From the NCBI GenBank assembly GCA_963803435.1, contig CAWDML010000003.1:128001-192000 (forward strand): DNA of 64,000 nt, in the 5' to 3' direction. The stretch comes from an uncultured delta proteobacterium (lineage in GTDB: Bacteria > Myxococcota > Kuafuiibacteriia > Kuafuiibacteriales > Kuafuiibacteriaceae). A program made the translations under genes and the position numbers. A model generated the notes under the pieces. That model ran no database searches and had not been told where the DNA came from. It worked only from the letters and a program-made list of their open reading frames with translations. Each line of letters begins with the position of its first letter. Position 1 is the first letter of the stretch. Positions 42,387 to 51,493 of the stretch are shown in pieces.

Positions 42387-43892
42387 TCAGAACCTCCCCG
42401 CGAGCCCGACCGTCGGGCCGTTCTCCGTCGGGATCAGCATCGGCATCACCTGCGCGCTGACGGGCGCCGGGGGCACCGTGCGCGCCCACTTGTAGATGAA
42501 GAAGCTGAACCCTCCGGCGGCGACCACGCTGCCGGTGATCAGCGAGGCGAGCTGGACGACCTTCAGTGTCTTGAGCTCCCCGTTGCCGCGGCGGTTCGGA
42601 TCGTCGTCCGGGAGCGGCCCCTCGTAGAAGGGCGAGCCGTTGACCTGCTCGGGCCCGAGCTGATCGAAGTCGGCGCGCCCGCGGAAGATCTTCTGGAACG
42701 CGAACGGTCCCACGACCCCCAGCGCGCCGCCGATGATCCCGACCAGCATCAGGTTGCGTCCCCAGGCCGAGAGCGTGTCGTCCGAGACGGGAGCGTGGTA
42801 CTCCTCGAGCTGCGCCAGCGCGGTGACCGTCTGATCGCGACCCACGTCGAAGTCTCCCACCCAGCGGTCGTGTCCCATGAGCTCGACCTGCACCTGGTGC
42901 TTGCCGGCGGTGACCGCCTTGGGCTCGCGATAGGGCGACAGGCCCACGATCGCGCCGTCGACGAAGATCCGCGCCCCGTCCTTGCTCACCTTGATGTCGA
43001 GGAAGCCGACGTTCTCCAGCTTCTTCATCTTGAAGTCGAGGGCGAGCGGCTTGTCGTCCGGCATCACAAAGTCGCGCTTCACGGGATCGAAGCCGTTGAG
43101 GTCGAGGTAGAGCGTGTGCGGTCCTGGCGTCACCTTGAAGCGGAAGTTGGTCTGTCCCTGGAGACCCGTGTTGCGATCGTCCAGATAGATGTCGGCGCCG
43201 GGCGGGTCGGACGAGACCGAGAGCTCCTGGAATCGCTCGCGGATCGACTTCTTGAGCCGCTTGATCGTCTCCTCGACGTCCGAGCGATCGGTCGCCGTCG
43301 GATCGAGGTCGAGGTACTGCTGGTAGTGATCGATCGCCTCCTCGTAGCGGGTCATCTTCTCGAAGCTCTTCGCGATGTTGAACAGCGCGGCGGGCTTGGG
43401 CTTGATGTCGAAGGCGGCCTTGAACTCCTCGATCGCCGCCTCGTAGTCCCCGCGGGCGAAGCGCTTCCGGCCCTCCTGGATGCGGGCCTCGTAGCGAGCG
43501 TCGGGTGAAGAGGCGTCGGGGCCGAGCTTCTTCTTGAGCAGCTCGATCTTGTCGAGGGCCTCCGCCTTGTCGCGGGGATCGGTCGCCTCCTTCACGTAGC
43601 GCTCGTAGGCGTTGATCGCCTCCTCCCATTGGGAGAGGCGCTCGTGGCAGCGCGCCACGTTGTACGAGAGGGCGGCCCGCGGCTCGAGGCGATAGGCCTT
43701 CTTGAACTCCTCCAACGCCTCGACGTACTTGCCCGCGCGGTAGTAATTGCGTCCCGCCTCGGCGTGGAGCTTCGCCACCTCCGAGCTGGTCGACGTCCGG
43801 GTGGCGGCAACCGTTGCGGTACCGGTTCCTGCCGATGCCAGGGCAGGGACGCAGAGCGCACCGATCACGAGCCACGCACAAGCCAGTTTCAT
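42387..43892 (-). CDS. TPR + PEGA domain protein with signal peptide and C-terminal hydrophobic segments
   Basis: Two TPR blocks (YNVARCHERL, FNIAKSFEKM); PEGA motifs SDPPGADIYLD and GARIFVDG. Confidence 0.85.
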   Translation of the reverse strand: MKLACAWLVIGALCVPALASAGTGTATVAATRTSTSSEVAKLHAEAGRNYYRAGKYVEALEEFKKAYRLEPRAALSYNVARCHERLSQWEEAINAYERYVKEATDPRDKAEALDKIELLKKKLGPDASSPDARYEARIQEGRKRFARGDYEAAIEEFKAAFDIKPKPAALFNIAKSFEKMTRYEEAIDHYQQYLDLDPTATDRSDVEETIKRLKKSIRERFQELSVSSDPPGADIYLDDRNTGLQGQTNFRFKVTPGPHTLYLDLNGFDPVKRDFVMPDDKPLALDFKMKKLENVGFLDIKVSKDGARIFVDGAIVGLSPYREPKAVTAGKHQVQVELMGHDRWVGDFDVGRDQTVTALAQLEEYHAPVSDDTLSAWGRNLMLVGIIGGALGVVGPFAFQKIFRGRADFDQLGPEQVNGSPFYEGPLPDDDPNRRGNGELKTLKVVQLASLITGSVVAAGGFSFFIYKWARTVPPAPVSAQVMPMLIPTENGPTVGLAGRF

Positions 43893-43952
43893 CTCGGGAA
43901 AAGCTCCCACGGCTCCGCCTCGGATTCAACGCCGTGCTACCGTGTGCGCGCG

Positions 43953-44585
43953 ATGGTTCGAAAGGGCGAGTACCTCGAACGGGCCGTCGTGATTCCCCAC
44001 GACGGGCCCCCGCTCGAAGGGCTGTACCATCGGGGGCCGCGATCGCCCGGGCTCTTGATCGCGCCGCCCCATCCCTTTGCAGGCGGCACGATGGAGTCGG
44101 CGGTGATCGCCGAGCTCGCATGGGCGGTGACGCGCGCCGGACATCCGACGCTTCGCTTCAACTACCGCGGTGTGGGTGGGAGCCAGGGCCGCTTCGACGA
44201 AGGGGACGGGGCCTACGCCGATCTCGAGAAGGCCGCGCACCACCTGCGAGCGTGCCTCGACGCGGACGGCGATGGGGATGGCAGGGCTTCTCCCGCCCTC
44301 GCCCTCGTCGGGCTCGGCCTCGGGGCGCATCTGGGGACCCGGTTGGCCCTCGACGACGGCCGGATGTCTCCGCTGATCCTCCTCGACCCGGCGATCGAGG
44401 GCCACACCCTCCCGAGCATGGCCGCCCTAGGCGACGTGGTGCTGATCCAGGCCGAGCACGACGCACCGATCGCGCTCCCGCACGCGCGGCGGGTGGTGGT
44501 ACCTGGCGCCGACCGCACCTTCTTGCGCGGTCTCGTCAATCTCGGGAAAATCGTTGCCGAGACGCTGACATCGAGCGGAAGGTGA
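43953..44585 (+). CDS. Alpha/beta-hydrolase fold protein with degenerate catalytic residues
   Basis: PHP..GGTMES, LRFNYRGVGGSQG; elbow reads GLGLG and His site reads GADRTF. Confidence 0.8.
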   Translation: MVRKGEYLERAVVIPHDGPPLEGLYHRGPRSPGLLIAPPHPFAGGTMESAVIAELAWAVTRAGHPTLRFNYRGVGGSQGRFDEGDGAYADLEKAAHHLRACLDADGDGDGRASPALALVGLGLGAHLGTRLALDDGRMSPLILLDPAIEGHTLPSMAALGDVVLIQAEHDAPIALPHARRVVVPGADRTFLRGLVNLGKIVAETLTSSGR

Positions 44586-44697
44586 CGGGGAAGCGCCAGC
44601 GGGTCCTCGCGAAACCAATCTGCTTGCAAGGCTAGATTCAGCGTGGTACCGCTCGCCTTCCCGTCGTGGGCCGAAGGTCGGTCTGCGCGGGAAATGA

Positions 44698-44770
44698 CAC
44701 ACGCTCGCGTGGGTGCAGGGGTGCTGCAAGGCAGCTTGCAGCCATGGCGCACCGAGAACGCGGGCGGAGG
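44698..44770 (+). ncRNA. rpsB leader (t44-like S2 autoregulatory element)
   Basis: CACAC-GCTCGCGT...GGGGTG...ACGCGGGC-GGAGG stem architecture immediately upstream of rpsB. Confidence 0.75.
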
Positions 44771-44801
44771 AAGTACGAAAGAACCCCGAGAGAGGAATGA
44801 C

Positions 44802-45659
44802 ATGTCCACCGTCACCATGAAGCAGATGCTCGAAGCCGGCGTGCACTTCGGGCATCAGACGAAGCGCTGGAACCCGAAGATGAAGCCTTACATCTTCGGT
44901 GCACGCAACGGCATCTACATCATCGACCTGCAGCAAACGGTCGGATTCTGGCGTCGCGCCTACGATTTCATCGTCGACCTCACCAGCCGCGGAGAGAAGG
45001 TCCTCTTCGTGGGGACCAAGAAACAGGCCCAGGAGGTCATCGCCGAGGAGGCGACCCGGTCGGGCATGTATTACGTCAACAACCGCTGGCTGGGCGGCAC
45101 GCTGACCAACTTCAAGACCGTCAAGCTCTCGATCGAGCGCTTTCGCGCCATCGAACGCATGGAGACCGACGGCACCTTCGAGAAGGTGACCAAGAAGGAG
45201 GTCCTCCGCCTCCAGCGCGAGAAGCAGAAGCTCGAGCGCTCCCTCGGCGGTATCAAGGACATGCAGCGCCTCCCCGGCGCCGCTTTCATCGTCGATCCCA
45301 AGAAAGAGCACATCGCCGTGGCCGAGGCGAACCGGCTCCAGATCCCGGTGGTCGCCATCGTCGACACGAACTGCGACCCCGATCTCATCGACTACGTCAT
45401 CCCGGGCAACGACGACGCCATTCGCTCGCTGAAGCTCTTCACCGCGAATATCGCGGACGCGTGCATCGAAGGCGCCACCAAGTACCACGAGACGGTGGAA
45501 GAGAACACCAAGGCCGAGTCCGATCGCCAGGAAGCCCGGCCGCGACGCGGCGAAGAAGAGCGACCCGGTGGGCCGGCGGTCGAGCGCGTGGCACGCCCCT
45601 CGGTGTCCGAGTCTGCGGTCTCGCCCGACGACGAACGGGAAGCCAAAGCGTCTCTCTAG
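44802..45659 (+). CDS. rpsB: 30S ribosomal protein S2
   Basis: [39 protein letters not shown]. Confidence 0.98.
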   Translation: MSTVTMKQMLEAGVHFGHQTKRWNPKMKPYIFGARNGIYIIDLQQTVGFWRRAYDFIVDLTSRGEKVLFVGTKKQAQEVIAEEATRSGMYYVNNRWLGGTLTNFKTVKLSIERFRAIERMETDGTFEKVTKKEVLRLQREKQKLERSLGGIKDMQRLPGAAFIVDPKKEHIAVAEANRLQIPVVAIVDTNCDPDLIDYVIPGNDDAIRSLKLFTANIADACIEGATKYHETVEENTKAESDRQEARPRRGEEERPGGPAVERVARPSVSESAVSPDDEREAKASL

Positions 45660-45695
45660 CTCCCGGCTTCTCTCTTTTTCCTAGGAACGATCATC

Positions 45696-46364
45696 ATGGC
45701 GAACATCAGCGCGAACGACGTCAAGACTCTCCGCGAGCGTACGCAGGCGGGGATGATGGACTGCAAGAAGGCCCTCCAGGAGTGCGAGGGCGACATGGAC
45801 AAGGCTGCCGATTGGCTCCGCAAGAAGGGCCTGTCGCAGGTGGCGAAGAAGGCCGGCCGGGTGGCCGCGGAGGGCGCGGTCCAGAGCTACATCCACATGG
45901 GCGGCAAGCTCGGGGTGCTGGTCGAGGTCAACTGCGAGTCGGACTTCGTGGCCCGGGGCGAGGACTTTCAGAGCTTCGTGAAGGACGTGGCGATGCACAT
46001 CTGCGCCGCCAACCCGATCTATCTGAAGCGCGAGGACGTCCCCGCCGAGGACGTGGCCAAGGAGCGAGAGATCTACAAGGCGCAGGTGATCGAGTCGGGC
46101 AAGCCGGCCGCCGTCGCCGACAAGATCGTCGAAGGGAAGCTCACCAAGTGGTACAGCGACGTCTGTCTGATGGAGCAGCCCTGGGTGCGCGAGCCGAAGA
46201 TGACGATCGAGGAGCTGCGTGCCTCGGTCATCCAGAAGACCGGTGAGAACATCACGGTCCGCCGCTTCACGCGGTGGGTGCTCGGTGAGGGCATCGAGAA
46301 GAAGAAGGATGATCTCGCCGCCGAGGTCGCCAAGATGAACGAAGCTGCGAAGGGCACGGCATGA
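45696..46364 (+). CDS. tsf: Elongation factor Ts (short form, 222 aa)
   Basis: LRERTQAGMMDCKKAL, EVNCESDFVA, GENITVRRF. Confidence 0.97.
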   Translation: MANISANDVKTLRERTQAGMMDCKKALQECEGDMDKAADWLRKKGLSQVAKKAGRVAAEGAVQSYIHMGGKLGVLVEVNCESDFVARGEDFQSFVKDVAMHICAANPIYLKREDVPAEDVAKEREIYKAQVIESGKPAAVADKIVEGKLTKWYSDVCLMEQPWVREPKMTIEELRASVIQKTGENITVRRFTRWVLGEGIEKKKDDLAAEVAKMNEAAKGTA

Positions 46365-46837
46365 CCCGGGTCACCTTCGGCACCTTCTCCCTCGAGGCGC
46401 CGGACGGCTGGTCCCTCTCGTCCGTGATCCTCGCGGGGCCCGTGGACGATGCGCCGTCGAAGGGGATGCTCTCGACGCGCGCCGTGCGTCCGTTCCAGCG
46501 CAACCTGATCACGACGCTCGAGGTGGTGCCGGACACCGAAACACCCGAGTCGTACGTGCAGCGCCAGATCCGCGGCTTGAAGGAGGCCGGCGTTCAGCGG
46601 CAGGACGCCGCCAAGCCCAAGACGGTCTCCCTCGGCGACAATCTCAAGGGGTTGCTCACGGAGCAGATCATCGTGTCCCAGGACGGCGAGCGGGTGCGGC
46701 AGATGCAGCTCGTCGTGATCATCGATCACGTCGCCCACACGGTCATCACCTCGCACCTCGACGGCGTGCCCTTCGAGTCGGCCCGGGCCGAGTTCGAGAA
46801 GATGCTGACGTCGGTGGCGCTGCCCCGGCGCGCTTAG
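46361..46837 (+). CDS. DcrB/PsbP-like (DUF1795-like) protein
   Basis: APDGW, YVQRQIRGL, VRQMQ, FEKMLTS pattern; ATGA overlap with tsf. Confidence 0.6.
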   Translation: MTRVTFGTFSLEAPDGWSLSSVILAGPVDDAPSKGMLSTRAVRPFQRNLITTLEVVPDTETPESYVQRQIRGLKEAGVQRQDAAKPKTVSLGDNLKGLLTEQIIVSQDGERVRQMQLVVIIDHVAHTVITSHLDGVPFESARAEFEKMLTSVALPRRA

Positions 46838-47428
46838 AGCCGGTCCGAACACCTCCGGACCGTTCCGCGTTTCCTGTTTCGCTCGTTCTGCTCATTCGCT
46901 ATTCAAAGCGGCCGTTGTTGCATCGTGCTCGATCGAGTGTTCTGCAGAGTCGATGCAGGCAAGATTCGCAAGTCTTCCGGACGCCCTGTGGAAACGCATT
47001 GAGCCGTTACTCGCGAAGCGAGGTCCAAGGCCGCGGGGAGGTCGCCCGCGGGTTGCGGATCGCGTCGTGATGGCAGGTATCGTCTATCGCCTTCGGACAG
47101 GGTGCCAGTGGAAGGCCCTGCCGCGCGAGTTCAGCTCCGGTTCGACGTGCCACAGTCGATTCGCGGCATGGTGCGCAGCAGGGATCTTCACCGCGATCTT
47201 CGCTGAGCTGCTGCGGTACTACGACAGGAGGCGCGGCATACAGTGGAAGTGGACTTCACTCGACACCGCGATCGTCAAGTTTGGGAACTCGCGGCAAAGC
47301 CGAAGTACACGCTTCGCAAACTTGAGCAGTCGTTCTGCGATATCATCGCCCTTCATCGCCGGATCGAACAGCGAATGACAGAACGACGAAACAGCAAACT
47401 GCGAACGGAACGGTTTCTGGACCGGCTC
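46837..47428. mobile_element. Non-autonomous IS5-family (IS1031-like) element, 592 bp
   Basis: Terminal GAGCCGGTCC...GGACCGGCTC, TTA at 46834-46836 and 47429-47431, imperfect inverted arms ~75 bp. Confidence 0.88.
46953..47378 (+). pseudogene. Truncated IS5-family transposase (DUF4096 N-terminal domain only)
   Basis: DALWKRIEPLL, GGRPR, LRTGCQWKALP, STCHSRF..W, LDTAIVK, then similarity is lost near 47280. Confidence 0.85.
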
Positions 47429-47433
47429 TTAGC

Positions 47434-47853
47434 TCAGGCGGCCTCAGGGAACAGACCGGCGCGCGCGACGATCAGCTCGACCAGACGCTCGCGGCCCTTG
47501 ATGAACGTCGACAGGACGAAGTCACCCTTCTTCGTGCTCACGAGATAGCCGCCGAGCGGGATGTCCGACCACCGGACATGCACGATGTCCTCCCACGAGA
47601 AGTGCTCGAACTCCGTGGCGCCGCGATAGGTGACGCCGTACTCGTCGACCACGTAGGCCATGCTCCAGTAGTAGGCGACGAAGACCAGGAAGAAGAGGAC
47701 GAAGAACGCGATCGAGAGGACGGCCGCCAGGGGAACCTCCTCCGCGAGGAGCATCAGACCGCCGATCGCGATCCAGACCAGGAGGGCGGCCAGCACGGAG
47801 ACCTTGATCGGCCAATTGACGCGAAACTCCTGCTGCTGGCCTCGACGGATCAA
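47434..47853 (-). CDS. Two-TM membrane protein with PH-like domain
   Basis: Two TM segments then VDEYGVTYRG...FSWEDI; TTG start with AGGA RBS. Confidence 0.7.
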   Translation of the reverse strand: MIRRGQQQEFRVNWPIKVSVLAALLVWIAIGGLMLLAEEVPLAAVLSIAFFVLFFLVFVAYYWSMAYVVDEYGVTYRGATEFEHFSWEDIVHVRWSDIPLGGYLVSTKKGDFVLSTFIKGRERLVELIVARAGLFPEAA

Positions 47854-47936
47854 TCGTCCTTATTTAAGCGTTTCACGACCCGGATCGTCAAACCGCCGGT
47901 CTTGCGCACGCCGCGCCGAGGCGATAGGCCGACCGG

Positions 47937-49340
47937 GTGAGGGCGCCGATCGCCGTCCTTCTCGGGCTTTGGCTGCTTTCGCCGCCCGCGCTCGCGCAGG
48001 ACGAGCCCGAGCCTCCCCCTCCGTCGAAGACGTTCGACGTGTTCGACGACGAGCCGCCCGCGGACGACCCCGACCTGCCGGAGGGCGACGCGACCGACGA
48101 GGACGAGGTGGTCCCCGAGCCCGAGCCCGAACCCGAGCCCGCGCCCGAGCCTGAGCCCACGCTCGAGCCCGAACCCGCGCCCGCGCGCGAGCCGCCGCCT
48201 GCGGGCCCACGGGTCTTGGTGCTCCTGATCGGCGAGGACGTGGAGTCGAGCCTCACCCAGCGGATCGGGGACGAAGCCACCCGCTGGGTGGCCGAGGCCC
48301 GCGGGCTCGGGCACATGACGACCGTGGAGGCGCTCGACCCGACGGCGGACGCGACGAAGCGCGACGAGATCCAGCTGGGGCGGAAGAACGTCGACGACGG
48401 CCTGCTCGCGTTCGAGGATCTCGATCTCGAGGCGGCGGGCGAGCACCTCGAGACGGCCGTCAACGCGCTCGCCGCCTACTTCGGCGATCTTCCGGACTCG
48501 GCGCGGGCCGCCCTCTCGCAGGGCATCTTCGCCGATGCCGCCACCACGCTCTTCGAGGGCGCCACGGACCAGGCCGACTCGATCTTCGTCGCGCTCGCGC
48601 TGCTCGATCCCAGCTTCGTCCCCGCAGAGGGCCGCTATCCCTCGAACGTCGTCGATCGATTCGAGGGCGTGAAGGCACACCTCGGCGCCCGGACCACCGG
48701 CTCCCTCACGGTGAAGACGAACCCGCCGGGCGCGGCGGTCTACGTCGACGGCCTGTTCCGCGGCGCCTCGCCCCTGACCGTGTCGAGCCTGGCCGACGGT
48801 TATCATGTGGTCTCCGTCCGGCGCCTCGGCTTCCGCCCGCTCGGCACCCTCACGCCGGTCAACGGTGACAACAGCGCCACCGCCGATCTCGAGCTCGAGC
48901 TCTCGAAGGACACCACGCGCCTGTCGATGCTCGATCGGACGATGTTCCGCGATCCGCCCCGGGCCGCCGCGCTGGCCCGGACGATCGGCGCGGACACGAT
49001 CGCCGTGCTCGACTTTGCGCGCCGCCTCTCGGGCACCGCGATCGAGGGCGTCCTGGTGAAGTCGGACGGGACGGTGCTCGTGCGCATCCCCTCCACCGAC
49101 ATCGTCGAGGATCCGGAGCTGGCGGGCCGCGCGATCGCCGACGCGATCCGGCACGCCGAGGAGGCGAAGGCCGCCCTCGCCCTCGCGCCTCCACCGTCTC
49201 CGGACAAGGCACTGTACGAAGAGTGGTGGTTTTGGGCCGTGCTCGGCGGCGCGGTGGCGGCGGTGGCGACCGGCGCGGCGGTGGCGGCCACCAGCGGCGG
49301 CGGATCGCCCGGCCGGAACACCGCGATCTTCGGGTTCTAG
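47937..49340 (+). CDS. PEGA domain protein with signal peptide and Pro/Glu-rich linker
   Basis: TNPPGAAVYVDG; PEPEPEPEP repeat; LYEEWWFW C-terminal motif. Confidence 0.85.
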   Translation: MRAPIAVLLGLWLLSPPALAQDEPEPPPPSKTFDVFDDEPPADDPDLPEGDATDEDEVVPEPEPEPEPAPEPEPTLEPEPAPAREPPPAGPRVLVLLIGEDVESSLTQRIGDEATRWVAEARGLGHMTTVEALDPTADATKRDEIQLGRKNVDDGLLAFEDLDLEAAGEHLETAVNALAAYFGDLPDSARAALSQGIFADAATTLFEGATDQADSIFVALALLDPSFVPAEGRYPSNVVDRFEGVKAHLGARTTGSLTVKTNPPGAAVYVDGLFRGASPLTVSSLADGYHVVSVRRLGFRPLGTLTPVNGDNSATADLELELSKDTTRLSMLDRTMFRDPPRAAALARTIGADTIAVLDFARRLSGTAIEGVLVKSDGTVLVRIPSTDIVEDPELAGRAIADAIRHAEEAKAALALAPPPSPDKALYEEWWFWAVLGGAVAAVATGAAVAATSGGGSPGRNTAIFGF

Positions 49341-49430
49341 TCGGTAGGAGAACGTCTCACCCTGCATCGCGGAGTGCTCGACCCTGTCGAAGCTTACCCA
49401 CCGGCGTGCGAAGATCTCCGCACGAATCGG

Positions 49431-50426
49431 ATGGAACGCAGCTCGCAAAGTCGGGGCGAGATGCTGCCCGAGAAGAAGCTGGACACGCCGGAGATCCGCA
49501 CGCTGGCGCTGGAGTTGGCCGTCCGCAAGATCGGCGAGGTCGTCCGCGACAAGGACGGCGTGATCCGGCTGAGCATGATCGGCTTTCTCGCGCGCGGGCA
49601 CGTGCTGCTCGAGGACGTGCCCGGCGTCGGCAAGACCACGCTCGCGCGCGCGATCGCTCGGGTCATCGGCGGCACCTTCAACCGCATCCAGCTCACCGCG
49701 GATCTGCTGCCGGCAGACATCGTGGGCGGGCAGGTCCCCGACCGCGCCCGCGGCGACCTCGTGTTCCGGCCCGGACCGATCTTCGCCAACGTGGTCCTGG
49801 CGGACGAGCTCAATCGAGCCACCCCGCGCACGCAATCCGGGTTGCTCGAGGCGATGGCGGAGCGATCGATCTCGGTCGACGGCGTCACGCACGCGCTGCC
49901 GGATCCGTTCTTCGTGGTGGCGACGCAGAACCCGGTCGAGCACCACGGCGTGTACGCGCTGCCCCAGTCGCAGATGGATCGATTCCTCATCCGGAGCGAC
50001 CTCGGCTATCCCGGTGACGAGGTCGAGCGCGAGCTGCTCATGAACGGCGGCCGCCAGGGGCCGGCGCTCGAGTCGCTCGAGCCGGTGTTCACCGACGAGA
50101 AGCTCTCGGCGTTGTTCGACGCCGTCGACGACGTGGTGCTGGCCGTCGAGGTGGCCGACTACCTCCAGCGGATGGTGAAGGCGACGCGGGAGGCGCGGGC
50201 CCTGGAGACCGGCGTCTCCACCCGGGGCGCGATCCTGTTCGCGCGGGCGGCGCGCGCCCGAGCCCTGGTGGAGGGGCGGCGCTTCGTCACTCCAGACGAC
50301 GTGCTCGATCTGGCGGTCCCCGTCTGTGCGCACCGCGTGACTCTGAAGGGGACCGACCGGCCCAATCGGCGCGAGGCCGAGGCCGTGATTCGTGAGCTGG
50401 TCGAAGCGGTCCCGGTGCCGCTGTGA
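49431..50426 (+). CDS. MoxR family AAA+ ATPase
   Basis: LLEDVPGVGKT, DLLPAD, ADELNRA, ATQNP, DRF; start estimated. Confidence 0.93.
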   Translation: MERSSQSRGEMLPEKKLDTPEIRTLALELAVRKIGEVVRDKDGVIRLSMIGFLARGHVLLEDVPGVGKTTLARAIARVIGGTFNRIQLTADLLPADIVGGQVPDRARGDLVFRPGPIFANVVLADELNRATPRTQSGLLEAMAERSISVDGVTHALPDPFFVVATQNPVEHHGVYALPQSQMDRFLIRSDLGYPGDEVERELLMNGGRQGPALESLEPVFTDEKLSALFDAVDDVVLAVEVADYLQRMVKATREARALETGVSTRGAILFARAARARALVEGRRFVTPDDVLDLAVPVCAHRVTLKGTDRPNRREAEAVIRELVEAVPVPL

Positions 50427-51493
50427 TTCTGGCGAAGCTGAGGGCGCGCCTCCGAAGGATGGTGCGCCCCCCGCGCCGGGCGATCCCCACGCGCGCGGGC
50501 CTGTTGGTGCTGTCGGCCCCGATCGTCCTCGGTGTCGCGGCGATCAGCGCCACCAACAACCTGCTGTTCATCATGGTGGGCGCCGCGCTGGGCGCGATCG
50601 TGCTCTCGGGCGTGCTCTCGGAGAGCAACCTCCGCGGGGTCCGCGCGCGCATCGAGCCGGTCTCGCCGGCGTATGCGGGTGAGCCGGCCCGGCTCCGCGT
50701 CATCGCCGAGCGCGAGCTGCCGGCGAAGCACCCCTCGTACGGGCTGTCGGTGCGGGAGCGGAGCGGCTCCATCTGGCAGCTGTTCTTTCGGCGGGACCCA
50801 CGCCTGCTCGACGTGATGATCCCGATCCTCGAGTCGCGGCAGGCCGAGGCGGTCGGACAGCGCGTCTTCGAGCGGCGCGGGCGCGCGTCGCTCTACCGGA
50901 CGGAGCTGGTCTGCACGTATCCCTTCGGGTTGCTCCACAAGGCGCGCGATCTCGACGTTCGCATCGATCTCATCGTGCGTCCTCGCCGCGTGCCCGTCCC
51001 GCATCGGCTCCAGGATCCGCGCGCGATTCGCGCAGAGGGTGAGCTGTCGAGCCGCCGCGGGATCGGGATCGAGATCCACGGCCTCAGGGAGCGCCGCGAC
51101 GGCGACGCTCTCCATCGGCTCCACGCGCTGCGCTCGCTCTCGCTGGGGACGGACGTGATGGTGGAGACCACCGGGATGGAGAAGCCGACGGCGTGGCTGG
51201 GGGTCGCCAACGACGAGGGCGTCGATCCGGAGGCGTTCGAGCACGCGGTGGAGCTGGCCTCGGCGGTGCTGGCCGAGTGGGATCGGCGCGGCTATGCGGT
51301 GGGTCTGTCGACGGTGTCGTCGCGGTTCATGCCCGGAGAGGCGAGCCTCGAGCGGCTGGTCGAGACGCTCGCGCTCCTCGAGCCGGAGAAGGCGATCCGG
51401 GGCGAGGCGGGCCCCGGCGTCTGGCTGATCCCCGACGGCGGCACCTCTCGGGGGACGCCGATCTCGGTCTCGGCCAGAGGTGAGATCGAATGA
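50423..51493 (+). CDS. DUF58 domain protein
   Basis: TRAG, NNLL, YPFGL, GLRERRDGD; position between MoxR and transglutaminase. Confidence 0.85.
   Translation: MILAKLRARLRRMVRPPRRAIPTRAGLLVLSAPIVLGVAAISATNNLLFIMVGAALGAIVLSGVLSESNLRGVRARIEPVSPAYAGEPARLRVIAERELPAKHPSYGLSVRERSGSIWQLFFRRDPRLLDVMIPILESRQAEAVGQRVFERRGRASLYRTELVCTYPFGLLHKARDLDVRIDLIVRPRRVPVPHRLQDPRAIRAEGELSSRRGIGIEIHGLRERRDGDALHRLHALRSLSLGTDVMVETTGMEKPTAWLGVANDEGVDPEAFEHAVELASAVLAEWDRRGYAVGLSTVSSRFMPGEASLERLVETLALLEPEKAIRGEAGPGVWLIPDGGTSRGTPISVSARGEIE

Noticed and set aside
48113-48195. GAGCCC-type tandem repeats
   Set aside because: They encode an ordinary Pro-Glu linker inside the PEGA protein.
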